30,187 bases of DNA, from positions 1 to 30,187 of IMG/VR virus record IMGVR_UViG_3300046786_000471; one strand, 5' to 3'. Below the pieces are notes generated by a model, which saw only the letters and a list, made by a program, of their open reading frames with translations, was not told the DNA's origin and searched no databases. Position numbers and translations under genes: made by a program. Position 1 is the first letter of the stretch. Every line of letters starts with the position of its first letter. The stretch comes from a virus. Its lineage: Duplodnaviria; Caudoviricetes. Positions 17,603 to 23,940 of the stretch are shown one piece after another.

Positions 17603-17914
17603 TTATTCTTTTTTAGTTGTAAAATTTTTTTCTATCTCCTCGACAATTTCAGGTTCGCTTTCTGCTATCAGTTCATAAATAGACTTAAGTTTGCTACTAA
17701 TTGATTTAAGATATTTGTAATGACAACCTTCCTTGATTTGTTCTAAAAACTCAGCAGGAAGTTCTGTTTGAACCTTGAACGAAGTTTCTGTACCGTTAAG
17801 AATAACTTGTTCAAGATACTCTTTTTCAATTACTGATTCGTATTGTTCTTTCATCACATTGGTAATCTGATAAAGAAAAGCAATCTCATCATTTGTCAAG
17901 TTGTTGTAACTCAT
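17603..17914 (-). CDS. Hypothetical protein
   Basis: 103-aa ORF within the operon. Confidence 0.7.
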   Translation of the reverse strand: MSYNNLTNDEIAFLYQITNVMKEQYESVIEKEYLEQVILNGTETSFKVQTELPAEFLEQIKEGCHYKYLKSISSKLKSIYELIAESEPEIVEEIEKNFTTKKE

Positions 17915-18366
17915 ACTTTTACTTTCGGGAATATACCCTTTTTTTGTAAATGTAAAACAATGTCTTTTTCAGACACTAAGGTATGAATATTTATCTTTGT
18001 AACATCCATACCAACTTGGTTTTCTTTACACTTATCAACTAACTGCTTGACAATCTTAGATTTATGAAACATAGAAAGTAATAAATTATCAACCATTTCG
18101 TTAATTAACTGTCTTTTCCAATTATACAATATCTTGTCTGTTTTTTCAGCAAGCACGTTTATTCTGTATTGTCGCATAACGGGCATTCTTGTAATCTCTT
18201 CTTTAGAATACCTTTCTTTAGAATAAATAAGGTCATCTAAAAACTCTCGATGATAAGCATCTAAGAAGTCATTACTTTTTACACTGCTAGCTTTTACAGA
18301 TTTAAAGCTCTTACCAAACAAGATTATTTGCTTGTTTGTCTCGTTAATCCTGGAGTTTTTTTCCAT
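17911..18366 (-). CDS. Hypothetical protein
   Basis: Start MEKNS (18366) preferred because the upstream in-frame part overlaps a terminator hairpin. Confidence 0.7.
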   Translation of the reverse strand: MEKNSRINETNKQIILFGKSFKSVKASSVKSNDFLDAYHREFLDDLIYSKERYSKEEITRMPVMRQYRINVLAEKTDKILYNWKRQLINEMVDNLLLSMFHKSKIVKQLVDKCKENQVGMDVTKINIHTLVSEKDIVLHLQKKGIFPKVKV

Positions 18367-18395
18367 TTTGGATTTTTTATAGGTGGGTGGTGCAA

Positions 18396-18434
18396 TAAAA
18401 AATGGAGACAAGGGTATTTCACCTCATCTCCATT
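18396..18434 (-). terminator. Intrinsic terminator-like hairpin
   Basis: AATGGAGATGAGGT-GAAAT-ACCCTTGTCTCCATT followed by a T run. Confidence 0.6.
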
Positions 18435-18468
18435 CAGGATATGATTTCTCTATAAATTTTAATAAAGA

Positions 18469-18714
18469 CTATTCTTCTTCGGGAGTAAAATCTATATCAG
18501 GTTCTATCACCTTATCTACAGGGGTTGGTGCTTCTTCCTCTACATCTATAAGAGGATTAACACTTTTCTGTAGGATTGAACCAAAGAAAGGATTCTCTAT
18601 ATTTTCTCCAAAATTGATTGAAAGAAGATATTCAAATTCTTCATCTGTCATGTCAAGGTACTGTTCTACTGATATTTCTATCACCTTACCGTTAGGTAGA
18701 TTGTATAGCATCAA
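18469..18714 (-). CDS. Hypothetical acidic protein (LPNGKVIEISVEQYL)
   Basis: 81-aa ORF with a TAGATTTG -7 box at 18729-18736 upstream. Confidence 0.75.
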   Translation of the reverse strand: MMLYNLPNGKVIEISVEQYLDMTDEEFEYLLSINFGENIENPFFGSILQKSVNPLIDVEEEAPTPVDKVIEPDIDFTPEEE

Positions 18715-18789
18715 TCGAGTTTTCTATACAAATCTATGTATATCAACGATATATACAATAATCTTTATTAGAATTTAAATAGTATACAG

Positions 18790-18963
18790 CTATGCTACAT
18801 TCTTATTGTTAGATTTCATTTTATAAATGACTCCTTTCCAATAAGCGTTGGTTTTGTTTATAGCTTTCTGTTTTTCCTCAAGTTTCACTTTAAGCATTTC
18901 GTTTTCTTGCTTAAGTTTTTCTACGGTGTCGATTTGTAACCATCGTTTAAATGTTCTCCACAT
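18790..18963 (-). CDS. Small coiled-coil protein
   Basis: Start MWRTF (18963) avoids overlap with the upstream gene. Confidence 0.6.
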   Translation of the reverse strand: MWRTFKRWLQIDTVEKLKQENEMLKVKLEEKQKAINKTNAYWKGVIYKMKSNNKNVA

Positions 18964-18973
18964 ACTTATTTGT

Positions 18974-19504
18974 TTAAAAGTGTTTATCAAATTGTTTGTA
19001 AAGATCGGAAAAGTTAGTAGACACAGTAGATAAATCTTTGTTGTCACCGTCAATCATCTTTTCAAAACTTATGTTTTGAGTCATTTCTCCTTCAGAATTA
19101 ACACTGAAATCAGAATAGATAGGTCTGTAAACACAGATGTTATCTCCATCCTTTTCACTAATCAATACAATACATACATCCTCTTTTTCTTTCTTTTCCA
19201 TTGTTTGAGTATTCAGTGAACTCATCCATGCTTCAGTGATCATAGAAACAAAAACAAGTCTTCTGTTCTTTATCTTCCGTAAGATTTCCTTACAAATCAT
19301 AGGAATACCTTCTTTAGAAAACATCTCTTTGTCTTCTTCGTCTTGGAAATTAGTCTTCACTTGTATTACAGAAACCTTTTCTTCGTCTTCTACTAAACCA
19401 ATATAAAAAGAGGTACTCACATGACCGTCTTCTTTCAACTCTTCGGTCATATTCTTTATGTAATCTTCCTTAAACAATTCAACAATCTCTTTGTCCGACT
19501 TCAT
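18974..19504 (-). CDS. Hypothetical protein
   Basis: Start MKSDK (19504) preferred; contains an ITEAW motif. Confidence 0.7.
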   Translation of the reverse strand: MKSDKEIVELFKEDYIKNMTEELKEDGHVSTSFYIGLVEDEEKVSVIQVKTNFQDEEDKEMFSKEGIPMICKEILRKIKNRRLVFVSMITEAWMSSLNTQTMEKKEKEDVCIVLISEKDGDNICVYRPIYSDFSVNSEGEMTQNISFEKMIDGDNKDLSTVSTNFSDLYKQFDKHF

Positions 19505-19511
19505 AATGTTA

Positions 19512-19742
19512 TCATATTTTAATGTTGTTATCAAAATTGTTTTCAATGTAACTAGTGATTTCTTCTGTATCCTTAGTGTTTTCCATTAACATCTTAATGA
19601 ATTCATGTCTTTCAAGTTCAAGTAACTTGTCTACACCCAGTTTATAAAGTTCTTTCAAACTTGGTGACATTGCTTGATGATCTTCCATTAAAGAATTAAT
19701 TAAATCGGAAGCGAGTCCCACTGGCGTTTTTCTTTTTTGCAT
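19512..19742 (-). CDS. Hypothetical protein
   Basis: 76-aa ORF within the operon. Confidence 0.65.
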   Translation of the reverse strand: MQKRKTPVGLASDLINSLMEDHQAMSPSLKELYKLGVDKLLELERHEFIKMLMENTKDTEEITSYIENNFDNNIKI

Positions 19743-19743
19743 T

Positions 19744-20067
19744 TTAGAAGTTTATTATTGTTTCTATACTAACTATCTTACCACCGTCTAATCCAAGATT
19801 TTTATCATGATTAAACACAACACTTAAAAGCATTTTAAACTCACATATTTGAGAGTAGTCCATGCGTTTTTTAAACCCACTTTTAATACTGTAACCATTT
19901 CCGTCATCTAACAGACTCATTATAAATTCTCCTCTAGCTAATTCTGACCAAATCTCTGATTGACTTCTAACAATTTCATAGAGTTTTCCTTCGTCAGTTT
20001 CAGATACCATGATATTATATTCATGGTTTCCTTTTTCATTGATGAATGCATAAGTTTTGTTCATCAT
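19744..20067 (-). CDS. Hypothetical protein
   Basis: Start MMNKT (20067); the longer frame overlaps the terminator. Confidence 0.7.
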   Translation of the reverse strand: MMNKTYAFINEKGNHEYNIMVSETDEGKLYEIVRSQSEIWSELARGEFIMSLLDDGNGYSIKSGFKKRMDYSQICEFKMLLSVVFNHDKNLGLDGGKIVSIETIINF

Positions 20068-20085
20068 TGTTAATTTTTGTTTGTT

Positions 20086-20123
20086 AAAAAATAAGAGGAT
20101 GCATATAATAATACACATCCTCT
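20086..20123 (-). terminator. Terminator of the ncRNA cluster
   Basis: AGAGGATG...CATCCTCT stem followed by TATTTTTT, 7 nt after the tmRNA CCA. Confidence 0.7.
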
Positions 20124-20130
20124 CGATTAA

Positions 20131-20569
20131 TGGTGGAGAAGGGGGGATTCAAACCCCCGTCTCCGAAAGTACACAATAGTACAACATCTCACATGCTTAG
20201 TACTAACTACTACTTGTTTACTACCAGTAAAGAGTAGCACAAGGTTCATCTGCACCGTAGTTTGGGGATGTCTGGTTAAAGACAACCTACCACCATCTGG
20301 TTTTCGGAACTACCAGGAAAACCTTGACAGCACTCAGAAGGGAGTGTCCACCTATTTGTCAGTTTCTGTTGCCAGGTATGACTACCCCGTTCCTTATGCA
20401 GCTACTGCTACACGAGAGAAGAGAGAAGCAAGAATAGCTTCACCTTCAGAAACACGCTGAGACTTAGTCTTTGCGTTTATTGATGAATCATTGATTAAAG
20501 AGGAATAGACCCTTACCTCTGCATGTATACTACCATATATCATCCGGATCAAATGTCAATCACTTCCCC
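20131..20569 (-). ncRNA. ssrA: tmRNA (439 nt); tag reading frame 20394-20474
   Basis: Acceptor GGGGAAG/CUUCUCC-ACCA with G3.U70 (Ala identity) and T arm GGGGG-UUUGAAU-CCCCC. AUAAAC precedes the resume codon GCA, and the tag reads AKTKSQRVSEGEAILASLFSRVAVAA*. Confidence 0.93.
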
Positions 20570-20578
20570 AGATTTCAG

Positions 20579-20686
20579 TGGTCAGAACGGGAGTCGAACC
20601 CGTAAGTAGTTTTCGAATTAGGCGTTCATCTCTTTCACATCAAGGTTTGGAGACGGCTTACTTTAGCTACCATATGCTATCTGACC
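20579..20686 (-). ncRNA. tRNA-like RNA 1 (108 nt, no canonical anticodon arm)
   Basis: Acceptor GGTCAGA/TCTGACC, D-like TAGC-ATATGGTA-GCTA and T arm ACGGG-TTCGACT-CCCGT. The insert is closed by AAGTA/TACTT. Confidence 0.75.
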
Positions 20687-20824
20687 ATGTCCACAGCTTC
20701 ACTTTATACGTCTATAAAGGAGAGGCTGTGTAATCCACCATAACTTATACCTTGGGTTATTCGTTTACGTGGAAACAAGACCACAGAAGTGTGCATCAAT
20801 ATGAGAGGCAACGTGGTACTGTTG

Positions 20825-20936
20825 TAGTCAGGACAGGATTCGAACCTGTATTTGTAATAACGACCCTCAAGCATCACTCCTAGTTGTGAGTTATTACCGT
20901 TGCTCCCTCGTGCGTCTACCATTTCGCCACCTGACT
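20825..20936 (-). ncRNA. tRNA-like RNA 2 (112 nt)
   Basis: Acceptor AGTCAGG/CCTGACT, D arm GCGAAATGGTAGACGC and T arm ACAGG-TTCGAAT-CCTGT. The ~60-nt insert contains a GTAATAAC/GTTATTAC stem. Confidence 0.8.
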
Positions 20937-21031
20937 ATGTTTTAACAGCGTCACTACTATATGCTGTTACCTACCATAACCTTCCTTATCGTAAGTAAGT
21001 AGGAGATTTAAAAATCTCTATGGTATGTTTT

Positions 21032-21128
21032 GAGGATGAGAACTCCTCTGTGTTGTAGAGAACTTATACTCTAATTTTTAGTACCCCTCATCTCTTAACG
21101 GTTTGCGTACCGTATCGGGAACAACACA
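21032..21128 (-). ncRNA. Putative pseudoknotted RNA module
   Basis: A TGTGTTGT/ACAACACA stem encloses an ACGGT/ACCGT hairpin. Internal GATGAGGG can pair with downstream TTCTCATC. Confidence 0.5.
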
Positions 21129-21131
21129 TAA

Positions 21132-21262
21132 TAAGAGAAGTTGTGGGTTTTACAGGGTTTCTGATTAGCATGATTTCACCTATACCTACTATAAACCCTT
21201 ATTCAGTATAGTCACCCTTATCAGTGGTGTGCTAATTAACAGCTTCAACCACTTCTCTTAAT
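21132..21262 (-). ncRNA. Unidentified pseudoknot RNA motif, copy A
   Basis: Closing stem TAAGAGAAGT/ACTTCTCTTA and pseudoknot AGGGTTT/AAACCCT; homologous to 21583-21685. Confidence 0.7.
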
Positions 21263-21310
21263 ATTCTCAGCCTGCAACTACTATCTTGCACTACATCGTA
21301 CTGAGAATAG

Positions 21311-21448
21311 CAGTCAGGGGAGGATTTGAACCTCCAAGGGCTGTCATTATAGTGACCACACGCAGTGTGCTTTTTTACCCATAGTGCTATAACCATCTAT
21401 TGCGTCTACCGCGACCGGGAGACACCCCGATCCTTCCGCCACCTGACT
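21311..21448 (-). ncRNA. tRNA-like RNA 3 (138 nt)
   Basis: Acceptor AGTCAGG/CCTGACT, a D loop with an inserted hairpin GATCGGG/CCCGGTC, T arm GGAGG-TTCAAAT-CCTCC and a branched insert. Confidence 0.78.
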
Positions 21449-21506
21449 GTTCAACTATTGTTTAAGGAAGTTGACAACCTTCTGTAATTGAGATATTACA
21501 GAACCG

Positions 21507-21578
21507 AAATCAGGACAGGATTTAAACCTGTATCTCTCACCTACTATGATGAGGCGTTATCAATTACGCTACCTGATT
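21507..21578 (-). ncRNA. tRNA-like RNA 4 (72 nt, cloverleaf with a non-canonical anticodon loop)
   Basis: Acceptor AATCAGG/CCTGATT, D arm GCGT-AATTGATA-ACGC, middle arm CTCAT-CATAGTAG-GTGAG and T arm ACAGG-TTTAAAT-CCTGT. Confidence 0.75.
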
Positions 21579-21582
21579 ATAA

Positions 21583-21685
21583 AAGAGAAGCTGTGGGTCT
21601 TTCAAGTCTACTGGTTTGTGGATACTACTATTAGACTTTGTTCATATGATAACACCACCTAACAGCTTCAACCGCTTCTCTTAAT
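21583..21685 (-). ncRNA. Unidentified pseudoknot RNA motif, copy B
   Basis: Closing stem AAGAGAAGC/GCTTCTCTT and pseudoknot AAGTCTA/TAGACTT; 25/26 nt identical to copy A at the 5' end. Confidence 0.7.
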
Positions 21686-21870
21686 AAGTTTAGGAAAGTA
21701 GAAGATGGGTGAGTGGACATCTACTTTTACAACTAGCGTTACTATCCAATCAGGTCAGACATTTCTGTCTGCAACCCAGTCCTAGTTAACCTATAATCAA
21801 AGACCTGTGTTGTTCACGGTGTTACCCGTCCAGGTATTACGCACTGCTACTTTGATTAATAACTTATTAT

Positions 21871-21878
21871 CAAAATTA
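21871..21878 (-). promoter_or_regulatory. Putative -7 promoter box driving the ncRNA cluster
   Basis: TAATTTTG (TAnnTTTG), 12 nt upstream of the first stem-closed module (21794-21858). Confidence 0.5.
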
Positions 21879-21882
21879 CAAA

Positions 21883-21990
21883 TTATCCTTGAAAATCATC
21901 TTTGTTTTTATCTGCTCTATAAAACAAAATAATAACAGTGATTGTCATGACAGCACACCATACGTATCCAAATGTAGATAAGTTATCCAT
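21883..21990 (-). CDS. Small membrane peptide (35 aa, MDNLSTFGYVWCAVMTITVIILFYRADKNKDDFQG)
   Basis: Manual translation; a single hydrophobic helix followed by a charged tail. Confidence 0.55.
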   Translation of the reverse strand: MDNLSTFGYVWCAVMTITVIILFYRADKNKDDFQG

Positions 21991-22010
21991 ATTACAGATT
22001 TAAAATTGTT

Positions 22011-22048
22011 AAAAAAATCCCGTATGATGTAGAAACATCTATCGGGAT
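22011..22048 (-). terminator. Terminator-like hairpin with a UGU-UUCU-ACA apex
   Basis: ATCCCGATAGATGT-TTCT-ACATCATACGGGAT-TTTTTT. Confidence 0.65.
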
Positions 22049-22063
22049 CAGTCATTGCTTATG

Positions 22064-22555
22064 TTAGCCCAAAAAACTAAAGAATTCAAGATCTTTTTTA
22101 GAAGGAATCCAATCATCTGGTAAATGTTCTTCTTCTGAAGGTATGTATAGTTTTATACTATTAATCATTATATCACAAATGTTGCAAGAAACAGGAGTAT
22201 ATTCTAGTAAAGAACATCCTACGACATATTTTGTATCTTTTGATTCTATTTCACCATAATTATTATGATCATCTTTATCAGAATTTACAGATACATACCA
22301 AGAATACTCATAACCAAATTTATCTTTTTCATCTATATCTTTACCACAATATTCATTTTGACATATATAAAATACATTACTTCTTGCACCAGATTCTTTG
22401 TTTTCTTTATCTACACTTTCTGGTATAGAAATAATACATTCACATTCTACACCTTCTTCTTCTTCATCTTGTAGCATCATAGCTAAAGTTTTAAAACCAT
22501 GATACACCCATTCACCGTTTCCTACATAGACACGTCTTGATTTATCTTCTTCCAT
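22064..22555 (-). CDS. Hypothetical acidic protein
   Basis: 163 aa with a YICQN...G......KFGYEYSW motif. Confidence 0.7.
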   Translation of the reverse strand: MEEDKSRRVYVGNGEWVYHGFKTLAMMLQDEEEEGVECECIISIPESVDKENKESGARSNVFYICQNEYCGKDIDEKDKFGYEYSWYVSVNSDKDDHNNYGEIESKDTKYVVGCSLLEYTPVSCNICDIMINSIKLYIPSEEEHLPDDWIPSKKDLEFFSFLG

Positions 22556-22566
22556 AGATTTGTTTT

Positions 22567-22595
22567 AAAAGAGGGAGCTTTTACACCCCCTCTTT
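22567..22595 (-). terminator. Intrinsic terminator-like hairpin
   Basis: AAAGAGGGGGT-GTAAA-AGCTCCCTCTTTT. Confidence 0.65.
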
Positions 22596-22601
22596 GTTTG
22601 A

Positions 22602-22997
22602 TTAATCATTTTCAGCGTCAAAATCCTTCTTTCTTTGTAAGAATGTTGTTATGAATTTATCATAATCCATATCAGACATCATAAACAGAAGATGAATCGC
22701 CATCATTGCTTTTTCACCTTCACCATTGCTGTTGTTAAGAGTATCAATCTTAGCAAACTCATACACACAATACAGTTCTTCTGTTTGGTTCTTTGTGTAT
22801 GTCATCACCTTCTCCAAAACACCTGTCTTGGTAATCATGTTTCTAGGAGCTTGTTCAGGTTTATCATAGAGTTTTTTAACCAAATACGCTTGGTTAATCA
22901 TCTCAAATAAAATTGTTCCTGACAACGTGAGCGCTCTGGTTTCATTGATACCCAATGATTCATAAAAGGTTTGCACCTCATGATTGAATTTTACCAT
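22602..22997 (-). CDS. Hypothetical protein
   Basis: 131-aa ORF coupled to the vWA-like gene. Confidence 0.7.
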   Translation of the reverse strand: MVKFNHEVQTFYESLGINETRALTLSGTILFEMINQAYLVKKLYDKPEQAPRNMITKTGVLEKVMTYTKNQTEELYCVYEFAKIDTLNNSNGEGEKAMMAIHLLFMMSDMDYDKFITTFLQRKKDFDAEND

Positions 22998-22998
22998 T

Positions 22999-23853
22999 TT
23001 AATTGGTTTTTAGTTTGATTTTATCGAAAATTGTTGACACTTCAGATACTGGTCCTACAGCGTTAAATCCTATTACAGAAGAATAACCATAGTTATTTCC
23101 TTGTTTTATATCGCTGTCAGTCATTGGTCTACCAAGACCACAACTTGTTTTGTGAGAGCTATATAGCCATGAAAGAAATATAGATTCTCTATACGAACCT
23201 AGACAAAACACAGGAGCAAACGTAGTCCAATTAAAACGCTGTTGAGCAGATTTCAATAAGACTTCAGTGAGTGTGTGTTTAATGTTTGAAGAAGTATGAG
23301 TTCCACTAGAAAACGAAGTGTACCACACCTCAGTGGATATACCTGCTTGTTCTAAAGCATATATTGTAGGAATAGCGGTAGCAGCAAGTTTTGCAAAAGA
23401 CTTCTGATTTACACACGCAGAACCACAAATGTTTATAGCAATTTTTACAACAGGTTTATTAGCATTTTTATAAACACCAAAATACCTGTCTTCACCACTA
23501 ATAGCTTTAGCAACATTCAATCTAAAACCATGATCTTCATACTTAATACGCTTACGATAAGTGAGCGCTTGTTTGATAAGATCTTTATACTCCTTACTGG
23601 ACATGGTTTTCTTCACTTCTTCTTGACACATTCTTTTACCCTTTTCAGAGTCAAATCTTACAGTGTGAAACTTTTCCATAGTTTTCTCATCACCATATCT
23701 CCAATCTTTATTACCCTTCATTTCAGAGTAATTTGATTTATTTTCAGAACTCATTTCAGGAGAAGGACTTTTTATATCGGTGAGTGTAAAGAACTCATGG
23801 AGATTCTCATACCGTATATGGTATGTACCATTTTCATCTATATACCTTTTCAT
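22999..23853 (-). CDS. vWA-like partner of the MoxR/CobS-like AAA+ ATPase
   Basis: G..LNVAKAISGE followed by VKIAINICGSA (degenerate MIDAS) and ALEQAGISTEV; adjacent to the ATPase. Confidence 0.65.
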   Translation of the reverse strand: MKRYIDENGTYHIRYENLHEFFTLTDIKSPSPEMSSENKSNYSEMKGNKDWRYGDEKTMEKFHTVRFDSEKGKRMCQEEVKKTMSSKEYKDLIKQALTYRKRIKYEDHGFRLNVAKAISGEDRYFGVYKNANKPVVKIAINICGSACVNQKSFAKLAATAIPTIYALEQAGISTEVWYTSFSSGTHTSSNIKHTLTEVLLKSAQQRFNWTTFAPVFCLGSYRESIFLSWLYSSHKTSCGLGRPMTDSDIKQGNNYGYSSVIGFNAVGPVSEVSTIFDKIKLKTN

Positions 23854-23883
23854 TTGTATAGATTGTTTAAAACGTTTAAAAAT

Positions 23884-23913
23884 AAAAAGGAACGTGTAGA
23901 AACACGCTCCTTT
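23884..23913 (-). terminator. Terminator-like hairpin with a UGU-UUCU-ACA apex
   Basis: AAAGGAGCGTGT-TTCT-ACACGTTCCTTTTT. Confidence 0.6.
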
Positions 23914-23940
23914 CCTTTATAACACACGAAACGCACAAAC

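Noticed and set aside
20704-20922. 72-aa ORF MVDARGS...
   Set aside because: It starts inside the D loop of tRNA-like RNA 2 and crosses its T arm, so it is a chance frame in structured RNA.
20930-20936. AGTCAGG resembles the 5' end of flavivirus xrRNA
   Set aside because: Here it is fully paired as an acceptor stem. The similarity is a short coincidence.
21165-21230. Hammerhead ribozyme suggested by CTGATAAG...GAAA in motif A
   Set aside because: The core should be CUGANGA, the stems do not fit, and copy B lacks the segment.
20579-21578. Calling the four elements canonical tRNAs (e.g. Leu) or suppressor tRNAs
   Set aside because: None has a 5-bp stem with a 7-nt U33-type anticodon loop, so no anticodon can be assigned.
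21132-21685. CRISPR mini-array based on the 26-nt repeat
   Set aside because: There are only two copies, about 420 nt apart, and each is the 5' part of a larger folded motif. There is no regular spacing and no cas gene.
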